Position numbers and translations under genes: made by a program
Shown: one piece after another, positions 8,123 through 17,455 of the stretch
Numbering within the stretch: position 1 is the first letter of the stretch
How the letters are laid out: every line of letters begins with the position of its first letter
Notes under the pieces: model-generated
Databases searched by the model: none
Seen by the model: only the letters and a program-made list of their open reading frames with translations
Told to the model about the DNA's origin: nothing
Assembly: GCF_000039765.1 (NCBI RefSeq)
Contig: NC_004459.3
Coordinates: forward strand, 1,800,001-1,832,000
From: Vibrio vulnificus CMCP6
GTDB taxonomy: Bacteria > Pseudomonadota > Gammaproteobacteria > Enterobacterales > Vibrionaceae
Length of the DNA: 32,000 bases
Reading direction: 5' to 3'

Positions 8123-8959
8123 TTAGAACTTGTAAGTCACTGCTACGTAGTGACCAAAGCCAGATGTCTTGCCAGCTAGACCGTCATCTTTTAGGCCATA
8201 AACGTCTTTGTAGCCTTTAAGACCGTAACCTACTGCAAAGCGATCTGAGTGCCAGTAGATACCGTTAAACATAGCACCACCGTTAGAGGTGTTTAGAGCT
8301 TTGTTGTCATCTTTCATACCAAATTGGTAGTCAATGTAACCTTGGTAAGAAATGAAAGAACCGTTTTCAAAGAAGTAGAATGGCTTGAACCAGTTTGTCG
8401 AGATTTGGAAACCGTTCCAATCTTTCATGTTTGAATCGTAAGTTCCGTATAGATTTAGGCCGATTTTGCCCAACCAAGGAACCATCACATCAGAACCAAG
8501 ACCGATCTTTTGTGTGTTTACTGTTTCACTTGGAACACAAGTAGATTGGTCTGGTGTACAGTTTGTTGCACCACCGCCGCCCCATTCCATAAGAGTTGCA
8601 ACATAAAGCTCTTGGACTGGACCGAAAGAAAGGTCTTTGCCTGTTACCGCATCTAGAGACATACGAGGTGCAAACTTCATAAAGATTTTATCTTTACCAG
8701 ACTTATCACTGCCTTTGTCTGATGTCAGGTTGAACACATCAACGTAGCCATATAGGTCGAAAATACCAGAGCGACCACCAAATTCCATCTCTAGGTAATC
8801 ATGTGAAGATTCACCTGGTAGCTCGTCAATTGCAGCCATTAGGTTAAATTGCATCCACTTGTAATCGTTTTTGTGGATATCGCCATCTGAGTAGTCAGCG
8901 GCCATAACTGGTGCTGAAGTTGCTGCTAACAGACCAAGAGTTAATAGTGATTTACGCAT
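8123..8959 (-). CDS. ompK: Outer membrane protein OmpK (Tsx-type nucleoside channel family)
   Basis: Signal peptide MRKSLLTLGLLAATSAPVMA; DYKWMQFNLMAAIDELPGESSHDYLEMEFGGRSGIFDLYGYVDVFNL...GFGHYVAVTYKF with terminal aromatic typical of a beta-barrel. Matches remembered Vibrio OmpK sequences. Confidence 0.93.
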   Translation of the reverse strand: MRKSLLTLGLLAATSAPVMAADYSDGDIHKNDYKWMQFNLMAAIDELPGESSHDYLEMEFGGRSGIFDLYGYVDVFNLTSDKGSDKSGKDKIFMKFAPRMSLDAVTGKDLSFGPVQELYVATLMEWGGGGATNCTPDQSTCVPSETVNTQKIGLGSDVMVPWLGKIGLNLYGTYDSNMKDWNGFQISTNWFKPFYFFENGSFISYQGYIDYQFGMKDDNKALNTSNGGAMFNGIYWHSDRFAVGYGLKGYKDVYGLKDDGLAGKTSGFGHYVAVTYKF

Positions 8960-9269
8960 AAGGGGAACTCTCTATATTTGTAACGGTGTTTAGACGCTAA
9001 TCCTTGCGCTACGTGTTATCCGATTTGCGCGCATCATAGCGATTTAAATCTCAAATAAAAGTGACTTGAGTGCAATTTTTCATCAATTTGAGTGATGTGG
9101 ATCTCCTTTTGAATCGAAAGTTGGGAACTTTTCTTTTGCTATAAATCTAGATGCATTTGTGATTTTGTTGAAATTGAGAGCTGTATGTAATTTGTTAATG
9201 CGTGGAGGGAATGTGATCTAGGTAAAGGTTTGCGCGTATAAAGTGGCGTGATTTTTAAGCGGGGTGATT

Positions 9270-9863
9270 ATGAGAGAGTTGATGCTTTTTCCGTTAAGTT
9301 CGACGGTTTTGCCGGATGGGAAAATGAAACTTCGTATTTTTGAACCTAGATACCAACGAATGGTGAAGCAGTGCTGTGAACAAAATATCAGCTTTGGCAT
9401 GTGCTTGGTCGATAGTAGTAGTGGGGCAAGCCGGTTGTCGTCGCTTGGCACAGAAGTCAAAATTATTGATTTTGATTCATTGTCGGATGGATTGCTGGGG
9501 ATTACGGTGTTGGGATTACAACGCTTCACCATCAAACAAGTCCGTGTTGAGGAAGATGGCCTGCGCATAGCTTCGGTGGAGCAACTGACACAGTGGCCAA
9601 CCATTGAGCTCAAGGCCCCTCAGAAATACATTGGCGACCAGTTACAGCTGGTTCACCGTCAATTTCCAGAGCTTGGTGAGTTGTATCCTGAAAGTGACTA
9701 CCAAGACGCCAATTGGGTGGCAAGGCGTTGGCTTGAGATATTACCGCTCTCAGTTAAACAATTTGACCATTTGGCAGGAACGCAAAACTGTGATGCGGCG
9801 ATGCGCTTTTTGTCTGAGGTAGTCGAGAAGGCTTCAGGCGAGGGAAAGGCTAAACTGAATTAA
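9270..9863 (+). CDS. LON substrate-binding (N-terminal) domain protein, peptidase-like
   Basis: MRELMLFPLSSTVLPDGKMKLRIFEPRYQRMVKQC...FGMCLV: characteristic LON N-domain start. ATG 9270 with GGGG Shine-Dalgarno; the track start at 9264 is a GTG two codons upstream. Confidence 0.85.
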   Translation: MRELMLFPLSSTVLPDGKMKLRIFEPRYQRMVKQCCEQNISFGMCLVDSSSGASRLSSLGTEVKIIDFDSLSDGLLGITVLGLQRFTIKQVRVEEDGLRIASVEQLTQWPTIELKAPQKYIGDQLQLVHRQFPELGELYPESDYQDANWVARRWLEILPLSVKQFDHLAGTQNCDAAMRFLSEVVEKASGEGKAKLN

Positions 9864-9956
9864 ATGGCAAATAATTTGTAGGATCTGATGATCGTTTTTC
9901 TGTGGAATACGTATCAGGGTAAGTTTAAGTAAAGTCGGCGACAAAAAGGATAAGTT

Positions 9957-10550
9957 ATGCGGACTCCGGTAGCGAACAGCCCTAGCTCGATGTCTAAGCA
10001 AGACTGGGCCGAGTGCATGGCGAAAGTGAAAGACAAAGACAAGCAAGCATTTGCCGTCGTGTTTCAACACTTTGCGCCCAAGTTAAAACAGTTTGCGTTT
10101 AAACATGTTGGCAATGAGCAAGTTGCCATGGAAATGGTGCAGGAAACCATGACAACAGTGTGGCATAAAGCACATCTGTTTGACGCTGAGAAAAGTGCGC
10201 TGTCGACTTGGGTCTACACCATCATCCGTAATCTGTGCTTTGACTTACTTAGGAAGCAGCGCGGCAAGGATTTGCACATTCATGCAGACGATATTTGGCC
10301 GTCAGATTACTATCCTTTAGACCTTGTTGAACGCTATAGCCCAGAGCAAGACATGCTCAAAGAGCAGGTTATGCGTTTTTTGGATTGTTTACCCAAGGCC
10401 CAGCGAGATGTTCTGCAGGCTGTTTATATAGAAGACTTACCTCACCAGCAGGTTGCTGAGATGTTCGACATTCCTTTAGGTACCGTTAAATCACGATTGA
10501 GATTGGCAGTAGAAAAGCTTAGACACACAATGCAGGCGGATAAATTATGA
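9957..10550 (+). CDS. ECF sigma-70 family RNA polymerase sigma factor (likely ECF11, ChrR-associated)
   Basis: Region 2 (AFAVVFQHFAPKLKQFAFKHVGNEQVAMEMVQETMTTVWHKA...LSTWVYTIIRNLCFDLLRKQR) and region 4 (LPHQQVAEMFDIPLGTVKSRLRLAVEKLR). Followed by a ChrR-like gene with overlapping stop/start. Confidence 0.93.
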   Translation: MRTPVANSPSSMSKQDWAECMAKVKDKDKQAFAVVFQHFAPKLKQFAFKHVGNEQVAMEMVQETMTTVWHKAHLFDAEKSALSTWVYTIIRNLCFDLLRKQRGKDLHIHADDIWPSDYYPLDLVERYSPEQDMLKEQVMRFLDCLPKAQRDVLQAVYIEDLPHQQVAEMFDIPLGTVKSRLRLAVEKLRHTMQADKL

Positions 10551-11215
10551 GTACACATCCTAACAACATGTTGCTACAGGCGTACGCAAGTGGAGAAATT
10601 GATGCTGTCTCTGGTCTAGTCGTTGCAACGCATCTAGAAGTTTGCCCTGATTGTCGAGATCTGGTTGCTCAATTTGAGGGGGAGCAAGCGCAACATTTTG
10701 CAGCTGGGAAGCAAGATGAAATGAGTGCGCTGTCGCTGTTTGATGCGATGTTTGATGACATCGTTCAAAGTGATGTGAAAGAAGATGTGCGAGAGGTCTA
10801 CGAACCAAGATACATTGAGGTGAAGGGGAAGCGTTTTGTTCTTCCACAGACACTTTGCCGTTATGCAGACCTAATGTCGGAATGGCGCAGTTACGGTGGC
10901 AAGGTGTTCAGTTCACAATTGGATTTTGGTGAAGAGGCAAGAGTGAATCTGATGTACATCAGCGAAGGCGTACAGATCCCGCAACACACCCACAAAGGGT
11001 TGGAAACAACATTGGTGCTACATGGCAGCTTTAGTGATGAAGATGGTGAATATCAGCAGGGTGATTTCATGCAGCGTGACGCCAGTGTGAAGCACAGTCC
11101 TAAAACCAAAGCTGGGGAAGATTGCTTGTGCCTAACCGTGCTGACCGATCCACTGATTTTTACCCAAGGGGTGGCCAGAGTCTTTAATTTGTTTGGTAAA
11201 GGACTTTACCCTTAA
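10547..11215 (+). CDS. ChrR-family zinc anti-sigma factor (anti-sigma domain plus cupin domain)
   Basis: Zinc-type motif HLEVCPDCR near the N-terminus and cupin HTHKGLETTLVLHGSFSDEDGEYQQGDF. Overlaps the sigma gene by 4 bp. Confidence 0.9.
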   Translation: MSTHPNNMLLQAYASGEIDAVSGLVVATHLEVCPDCRDLVAQFEGEQAQHFAAGKQDEMSALSLFDAMFDDIVQSDVKEDVREVYEPRYIEVKGKRFVLPQTLCRYADLMSEWRSYGGKVFSSQLDFGEEARVNLMYISEGVQIPQHTHKGLETTLVLHGSFSDEDGEYQQGDFMQRDASVKHSPKTKAGEDCLCLTVLTDPLIFTQGVARVFNLFGKGLYP

Positions 11216-11263
11216 CCAGAGATGATCGGCGCTGCCTTCAAAATGAGAATGCATCAAACGAGA

Positions 11264-11287
11264 AAAGGCTTGCCAATGCAAGCCTTT
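11264..11287. terminator. Hairpin between convergent chrR-like and ampG; probable terminator (stronger U-tract in the ampG direction)
   Basis: AAAGGCTTGC-CAAT-GCAAGCCTTT: 10-bp perfect arms. The minus-strand transcript continues TTCTC. Confidence 0.6.
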
Positions 11288-11318
11288 GTCGTGAAGGAGC
11301 CACGCACACAAAGTGGAT

Positions 11319-12719
11319 TTAACTTTGTTGTGCGTCGATGTTGTCGTGAGGTTTTGGCTCTTCTTCGCTCGATTCCTTTCTCGCTTTTTCAAGCAAATCA
11401 TGGAAGTAATGACGCAGCGAATAGAGCATGATCAAGCTTGGGATAACCATCAGAGCTGTAATAACAAAGAACACAGACCAGTTGTCCAAGTAGTCCACCA
11501 ACTCACCACTAAAGGAGGCTAAGGTCGTTCGACCAAAGTTACCCAGTGATGCCAGCAGAGCGTACTGCGTCGCCGAGAAGGCTTGTCCCGTCACCATGGT
11601 TAAGAAGGAGACGAACGCAACGGTTGAAAACGCAGAAGTAAAGTTGTCGACAATCAACGTCGCCAAGAACAGATTTTCATTCGGACCGACTTGCGCCATC
11701 CAAGCGAACATCAAGTTACTGGCTGCCATAGCGATTCCGCCAATCATCAAACCACGAACAATACCGAATTTAACGTTGATCATGCTGCCGACCAGCGTAA
11801 AGAAGATGGTGATACCCCAACCAAGCAACTTAGAGTAATAGCCAATTTGCTCATTGCTAAAGCCCACTTCTTTGTAGAAAGTGATCGACATTCGGCCTAA
11901 GAACGCTTCGCCAATCTTAAACAAGAAGACAAAGAGCAGTAGAGTCAGTGCCACTCGGACGCCATTACGCTTGAAGAAATCAAGGAAAGGCTCGACCACG
12001 GTGACCGTCAACCATGCGACCACTTTGGAACCCACCAATTGGTTGTGGCGCTGTTCGGCCTCTTGTTGCAATTGCTCTCGGCGCGTGGTGGGCTCGCCAA
12101 CCAGTAACGTAAAAATCATCAAGAGCGCGACAATGGCCGCCATGCCGTAATATACGCCGTTCCAGCCGATTGAATCGGCATTAATAAAGGCGAGATAACC
12201 AGGCAAGGAATAGCCTGTCCACCAACCAATAACAGCCATCGCCGATGCTTGTGGCAGTTTGGATGAATCGGATTTCGGGAAGGTATCGATACGGAACGCA
12301 TCGATAGCGATATCCTGTGTTGCTGAAGCGATGGCGATGCCAAGTGCAAGCGCCGACGTCAGCATGAGATTGTTGGCCGGATTGACTCCTGCGATCAACA
12401 AAGTACAAATCAGTACTAAGGATTGGCAGAGAAATATCCAACTGCGGCGTTGACCCAGAGAGCGATGAAGTAGAGGAAGCTTTACTCGGTCTACCAAAGG
12501 TGCCCAAAGAAAGTTAATGGCGTACACAGCAAAGACACTGCCAAAGTAGCCAATAGCAGCACGCGTCAAACCCGCATCTTTTAGCCAGCCAGACATGTTT
12601 GAACCAATGAGCACCCACGGGAAACCACTGGAACAGCCCAGCATAAAGACCCAAAGCAAGCGTCGATCAAGATAACTTTGTACAGTTTCACGCCATGAAA
12701 CTGTTGGTGATGAAGACAT
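11319..12719 (-). CDS. ampG: AmpG-type muropeptide MFS permease
   Basis: MSSSPTVSWRETVQSYLDRRLLWVFMLGCSSGFPWVLIGSNMSGWLKDAGLTRAAIGYFG...FLWAPLVDRV...GQRRSW. MFS polytopic, AmpG signature regions. Confidence 0.88.
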   Translation of the reverse strand: MSSSPTVSWRETVQSYLDRRLLWVFMLGCSSGFPWVLIGSNMSGWLKDAGLTRAAIGYFGSVFAVYAINFLWAPLVDRVKLPLLHRSLGQRRSWIFLCQSLVLICTLLIAGVNPANNLMLTSALALGIAIASATQDIAIDAFRIDTFPKSDSSKLPQASAMAVIGWWTGYSLPGYLAFINADSIGWNGVYYGMAAIVALLMIFTLLVGEPTTRREQLQQEAEQRHNQLVGSKVVAWLTVTVVEPFLDFFKRNGVRVALTLLLFVFLFKIGEAFLGRMSITFYKEVGFSNEQIGYYSKLLGWGITIFFTLVGSMINVKFGIVRGLMIGGIAMAASNLMFAWMAQVGPNENLFLATLIVDNFTSAFSTVAFVSFLTMVTGQAFSATQYALLASLGNFGRTTLASFSGELVDYLDNWSVFFVITALMVIPSLIMLYSLRHYFHDLLEKARKESSEEEPKPHDNIDAQQS

Positions 12720-12775
12720 AACCTATCCTTGTAGTTAGTAGAATACGCCCCTTGCGTTGCAAAGGGCGGGGATAT

Positions 12776-13321
12776 TTATGGGAGTAGTGTGGCCTTGGTG
12801 ATCACGATTGGTTCCACGGGAATATCTCTCATGTAGCCTTGGCTTTTGGTCGGTTTGCTCGCCATCTGTTGAATGACGTCAAACCCTTCGGTGACTTGAC
12901 CAAAAACGGCGTAACCTGGAGGTTGGAGGTCATAGTCGAGAAACTCGTTATCCACCAAGTTGATAAAGAATTGTCGTGTCGCAGAGTTAGGATCTTGAGT
13001 TCGAGCCATTGCGATAGAGCCCGTCACGTTCTTCAGACCATTACTTGCTTCGTTCTTTATTGGTGCGTAACTGGGTAGACGATTCATTTTCTCATCAAAA
13101 CCACCACCTTGCGCCATAAAACCAGGAATGATACGGTGAAATTGAGATCCAACGTAACTGCCATCTTTCACGTATTTTACGAAGTTTTCGACGCTAATCG
13201 GCGCTTTTTCTTCATTTAACTCAACAGTGAAATTCCCCAGAGAGGTTTCGAATTCAACTTTTGGCCCCGCCAAGGCGAGGCTACTCGTGAGTACGAGTGA
13301 TGCACAGATAACTTTGAGCAT
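12776..13321 (-). CDS. Periplasmic peptidyl-prolyl cis-trans isomerase (cyclophilin type)
   Basis: Signal peptide MLKVICASLVLTSSLALA, then VEFETSLGNFTVELNEEKAPISVENFVKYVKDGSYVGSQFHRIIPGFMAQGGGF...GSIAMARTQDPNSATRQFFINLVDN. Confidence 0.92.
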   Translation of the reverse strand: MLKVICASLVLTSSLALAGPKVEFETSLGNFTVELNEEKAPISVENFVKYVKDGSYVGSQFHRIIPGFMAQGGGFDEKMNRLPSYAPIKNEASNGLKNVTGSIAMARTQDPNSATRQFFINLVDNEFLDYDLQPPGYAVFGQVTEGFDVIQQMASKPTKSQGYMRDIPVEPIVITKATLLP

Positions 13322-13890
13322 TAGAAACGTTCCTTCATGTAGCTTTGCAGTTCTTGGTCATTGGCAATCTCAGCAAGGACTAATGTGATCACATCATTTA
13401 GCACTTTTTCCACTTCTTGATCAGAAGCGCTGAGCATACCACTACGAGTCGCACTGCCATTGTATGTTTTGACCAGTTTCCCTTTCGGTGTCTCTGCGGT
13501 GATTTCTAGAATCACTTTCGCGTCCATTTCGTTTTCCATTACGGAATGCTTTACATTGACCAATGCTTCTTGAACTTCAAGGCTGATCAGGTTGTTACTG
13601 TTTAAATCCGCTTTGTAGCCTTGTGACGCGAACTGCTGCTGCAGCAAGGTTTCAAGCGTAATGCGCATGTTTTGTTTAGCGTGTAGCGGTAGGATGTTCG
13701 AACGGCCACTGTCAATCAGCGCTACGTACTGCGCTGCACGTACATCTTTACTGGTCATGCTGTATGTTTTGTTCTGCACCATTGGATTTGTACTCAACGT
13801 TGCGGTTGGCGCAAGATTAAGTTGTTCTGGTTGAGGGGCTGAACAAGCAGAAAGTAGTGCGATAGACGCAGCTAAAACCAATTTTTTCAT
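13321..13890 (-). CDS. YajG-family lipoprotein
   Basis: Lipobox LLSAC; length and sequence features of YajG-type proteins; shares one base with the cyclophilin gene. Confidence 0.75.
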   Translation of the reverse strand: MKKLVLAASIALLSACSAPQPEQLNLAPTATLSTNPMVQNKTYSMTSKDVRAAQYVALIDSGRSNILPLHAKQNMRITLETLLQQQFASQGYKADLNSNNLISLEVQEALVNVKHSVMENEMDAKVILEITAETPKGKLVKTYNGSATRSGMLSASDQEVEKVLNDVITLVLAEIANDQELQSYMKERF

Positions 13891-13970
13891 CGTATATTCC
13901 TTTTCTAGCAGCAGAGGCTGTACGTAAACGTATATTAAAGTGAAGATTGTCTTTAATTAAAACTAGCAGG

Positions 13971-15101
13971 CTATTTAGTTGCCTGTAAAATCACAAACTT
14001 ACTATTAGAAGCGACTAATTTCACATTCTTGTCACCATAAAGGCGCTTGAGTTTTCCATCATAACCAAGGTGGCGATTGCCGATCACTTGCAGTTTGCCC
14101 CCTCTTTTAAGGACACGTTTGGCGTCGCAAAACATCTGCCAAGCAATGTGATCCGTGATCGCTTGTTGTTGATGGAAAGGGGGGTTGCATAAAATCAGAT
14201 CGGCGATCTCGCCTGCAAACCCGTCCAAACAGTTATTGGCAATATACTCAGCATCCACTGATGCTGTGACATTTTCTTGTAAATTGAGGCGAGCGGACTC
14301 AATGGCCATGTAGCTTTCATCCACCAAGGTGAATTTCGCTTTCGGGTTGAGCTGCGCGGCTTTGACGGATAACACCCCGTTACCACAGCCTAAATCGATA
14401 ATGTGCTTGAGGTTATCATCTTGCGGGATGTGCTCGAGCATAAAACGCGCGCCCAAATCGAGACTCTCACCAGAATAGACGTTTGGCAAGTTGTTGAGTG
14501 TCATCTTGTGTTCTTCAACATTCCAACGAGTCACTGGGCTGATGTCATTCATTTGCGCACAGTCTGCTTGGCAAAAAACGAGACGATGTTTTTTCCAAGC
14601 AAGAGAGGTTTTTGTGGTCCCTAGATACTTTTCAAACAGTTTGAGGGTTGAGGTATGGATTTCTTTGGCTTTATTCACGGCGACCACTGGGACGTCTGGT
14701 GAGAGCGTTTTACGCAATTGAGTTAACTGCCAAGTCAAATGACGGTTGTTTTTTGGAAGTTGAAATAACACCAAACTGGTCTCTGTAGGAATTGCGTCTA
14801 GCGTGGTCAGTAGCTTTACTTCACGGCATTGATTTCGTTGTAAATTTTCTTTTGCCCCTTGCTGAGAGATAAAAGAATCACTCATCATAGTGACTTGGTG
14901 TTGAGCAGAAAACCAGCATGATAGAGCGCCGAAGTGATCGTTCAGGATAAGAATATTCTGTGGGGTGTCTAAGGCCAACTCTTCCACATAATTGATCAAG
15001 TATTCATCGCCCGCGTCCCATGCTTGCAGGGTTTCATTGGCGTTGTTTGGGTATCTGAATAGGGTGAGTTGTCGGTCAAAGAGATTGAGTTCGGTTTTCA
15101 T
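13971..15101 (-). CDS. rlmG: 23S rRNA (guanine-N2)-methyltransferase RlmG
   Basis: 376 aa; two-domain MTase with IIDLGCGNGVLSVKAA and catalytic ADLILCNPPFHQQ (NPPF). N-terminus LTLFRYPNNANETLQAWDAGDEYLIN as in RlmG/YgjO. Confidence 0.87.
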   Translation of the reverse strand: MKTELNLFDRQLTLFRYPNNANETLQAWDAGDEYLINYVEELALDTPQNILILNDHFGALSCWFSAQHQVTMMSDSFISQQGAKENLQRNQCREVKLLTTLDAIPTETSLVLFQLPKNNRHLTWQLTQLRKTLSPDVPVVAVNKAKEIHTSTLKLFEKYLGTTKTSLAWKKHRLVFCQADCAQMNDISPVTRWNVEEHKMTLNNLPNVYSGESLDLGARFMLEHIPQDDNLKHIIDLGCGNGVLSVKAAQLNPKAKFTLVDESYMAIESARLNLQENVTASVDAEYIANNCLDGFAGEIADLILCNPPFHQQQAITDHIAWQMFCDAKRVLKRGGKLQVIGNRHLGYDGKLKRLYGDKNVKLVASNSKFVILQATK

Positions 15102-15308
15102 ACAATGGTGTTTGTTTCATTGAGTTTTAACGATATTCTCGCAGAAGGATAGCAAACAAGATAGGCACAGCTAGCAAAAAACACTCAGGGATCTTCGTCT
15201 AAGTAGTGAGACATTGTTAGAATGATGGCTGTTATTTAAGTGTGTGTAAGAAATTTCACGTTGGTTCGACTTATACTTTTTAAGTCGGTGAGTAGAGAGG
15301 GTTTGAAT

Positions 15309-15620
15309 ATGATTCAAGAAATCATAGAGACAAAATTACACAATACATTTGAACCTAGTCACTTGAGTGTGGTGAATGAGAGCTACATGCACAATGTACC
15401 ACCGGGTTCGGAAAGTCACTTCAAGGTGATTGTGGTGAGCGATCTTTTTGAAGGTAAAAGATTGATCGCCAGACATCGTTTAGTGAATCAAGCATTGGCG
15501 AATGAGTTGGAAAATAACATCCACGCTTTGGCGATTCATACCTATACTGTTCAGGAATGGAAGCTACAGCGAGATGGCGCGCCAGATAGCCCGATGTGTA
15601 TGGGTGGTACCAGCCACTGA
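15309..15620 (+). CDS. bolA: BolA family protein
   Basis: [66 protein letters not shown] 15309 is preferred over track start 15240. Confidence 0.93.
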   Translation: MIQEIIETKLHNTFEPSHLSVVNESYMHNVPPGSESHFKVIVVSDLFEGKRLIARHRLVNQALANELENNIHALAIHTYTVQEWKLQRDGAPDSPMCMGGTSH

Positions 15621-15663
15621 GCGATTTCTAACCTGAAGTGTTAAATTTTCAGTTGTTCTATTC

Positions 15664-15690
15664 AAAAAGATGGTCAAGCCATCTTTTTTT
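15664..15690 (+). terminator. Intrinsic terminator after bolA
   Basis: AAAAAGATGG-TCAAG-CCATCTTTTTTT: 10-bp arms followed by a U-tract. Confidence 0.88.
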
Positions 15691-16007
15691 CTATGTGTAC
15701 AAAACCGACAAATTGCGTGACAAATTTGGTTAAGAAATGCGTTAACACTGTTTCAACAAATGAACAGAATGAATAGGATGTTTCAAACTATGAATCTCAC
15801 CTATTCATCTGGCACGATGGTTTTGGGCCATTTGTGCGACGTGTCAAAGTTATGAACAATAGTTAGCCTATATCTATCAATTCTTTCCAAATAATACGGC
15901 TAATGCGTTTATTGGTCATGGCATCGCGTTTGGAAAAGATGCTAAACTATCGCACCTGATAAATCTCTCCACTAAACTGTGAAGCGATTTTTAATAGGAT
16001 GTTGCGA

Positions 16008-16053
16008 TTTTGGCGTTTAAAACATCGCCAAAACCGGACACTGATGTCGTGTC
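16008..16053 (+). promoter_or_regulatory. Pair of hairpins in the nqr leader
   Basis: Arms TTTTGGCG (16008-16015) / CGCCAAAA (16026-16033) with 10-nt loop, and GACAC (16037-16041) / GTGTC (16049-16053). They lie 57-102 nt upstream of the nqrA start codon. Confidence 0.4.
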
Positions 16054-16109
16054 TAAAAGTTACGCAATCATAAAGAATCTTTTTCCCGATAAAAGTAGTG
16101 CAAGTGCGT

Positions 16110-17450
16110 ATGATTACAATAAAGAAGGGTTTGGACCTTCCTATCGCAGGAGCTCCTTCCCAGGTGATTAATGATGGTAAATCCATCACAAAAGTCGCCT
16201 TGCTTGGCGAAGAGTACGTTGGCATGCGTCCTACGATGCATGTTCGCGTTGGTGATGAAGTGAAGAAAGCCCAAGTTCTTTTTGAAGACAAAAAGAACCC
16301 TGGCGTGAAATTTACTTCTCCAGTGAGTGGTAAAGTTATCGAAGTGAATCGTGGCGCGAAGCGTGTACTTCAATCTGTAGTGATTGAAGTGGCAGGCGAC
16401 GAGCAAGTGACCTTTGATAAGTTTGAAGCCTCTCAACTAGCAGGTCTTGATCGCGAAGTGATCAAAACTCAGTTGGTTGAATCTGGTCTTTGGACCGCTC
16501 TGCGTACTCGTCCGTTCAGCAAGGTTCCAGCAATTGAATCGACAACTAAAGCGATTTTCGTTACCGCAATGGATACCAATCCATTGGCAGCGAAGCCTGA
16601 GTTGATCATCAATGAACAAGCGGAAGCGTTTGTTGCTGGTTTGGATGTGCTTTCAGCCCTAACAGAAGAGAAGGTTTACGTTTGTAAATCTGGTACGAGC
16701 TTACCTCGTTCTTCTCAGTCTAATGTGGAAGAGCACGTATTTGACGGCCCACACCCAGCTGGTCTAGCGGGTACCCACATGCATTTCCTCTACCCAGTGA
16801 ATGCAAACAACGTGGCATGGAGCATCAACTACCAAGACGTGATTGCGTTTGGTCAGTTGTTCCTAACTGGTGAACTTTTCACTGACCGTGTTGTTTCTCT
16901 AGCGGGTCCTGTTGTGAATAACCCTCGTCTCGTTCGTACCATCATGGGTGCAAGCTTGGATGAGCTAACCGACAGTGAAATGATGCCAGGCGAAGTTCGT
17001 GTGATTTCTGGTTCAGTACTGACTGGTACTCATGCCACTGGTCCTCACGCTTACTTGGGGCGTTACCACCTGCAGGTTTCTGTTCTGCGTGAAGGTCGTG
17101 ACAAAGAACTGTTTGGCTGGGCGACGCCTGGTAAGAACAAGTTCTCTGTAACCCGTTCTTTCCTTGGTCACTTGTTTAAAGGTCAGTTGTTCAATATGAC
17201 AACCACCACAAACGGTAGTGATCGTGCAATGGTTCCAATCGGTAACTACGAGCGTGTAGTGCCTCTTGATATGGAACCGACTCTGCTGCTTCGTGATCTA
17301 TGTGCAGGCGATACTGACAGTGCTCAAGCACTGGGTGCGCTAGAACTGGATGAAGAAGATCTAGCATTGTGTACCTTTGTATGCCCAGGTAAATACGAGT
17401 ACGGTCAACTGCTACGTGACTGCCTGAATACAATTGAGAAGGAAGGGTAA
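16110..17450 (+). CDS. nqrA: Na+-translocating NADH:quinone oxidoreductase subunit A
   Basis: [71 protein letters not shown], matching remembered Vibrio NqrA closely. ATG 16110. Confidence 0.97.
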   Translation: MITIKKGLDLPIAGAPSQVINDGKSITKVALLGEEYVGMRPTMHVRVGDEVKKAQVLFEDKKNPGVKFTSPVSGKVIEVNRGAKRVLQSVVIEVAGDEQVTFDKFEASQLAGLDREVIKTQLVESGLWTALRTRPFSKVPAIESTTKAIFVTAMDTNPLAAKPELIINEQAEAFVAGLDVLSALTEEKVYVCKSGTSLPRSSQSNVEEHVFDGPHPAGLAGTHMHFLYPVNANNVAWSINYQDVIAFGQLFLTGELFTDRVVSLAGPVVNNPRLVRTIMGASLDELTDSEMMPGEVRVISGSVLTGTHATGPHAYLGRYHLQVSVLREGRDKELFGWATPGKNKFSVTRSFLGHLFKGQLFNMTTTTNGSDRAMVPIGNYERVVPLDMEPTLLLRDLCAGDTDSAQALGALELDEEDLALCTFVCPGKYEYGQLLRDCLNTIEKEG

Positions 17451-17455
17451 GTTTC

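Noticed and set aside
11132-11522. ORFs 11132..11401(-), 11222..11431(+), 11313..11522(+)
   Set aside because: They overlap the chrR 3' end, the hairpin and the ampG C-terminal coding region; no recognisable products.
14195-14624. Small ORFs inside rlmG on both strands
   Set aside because: Overlap a clearly conserved methyltransferase gene and lack independent support.
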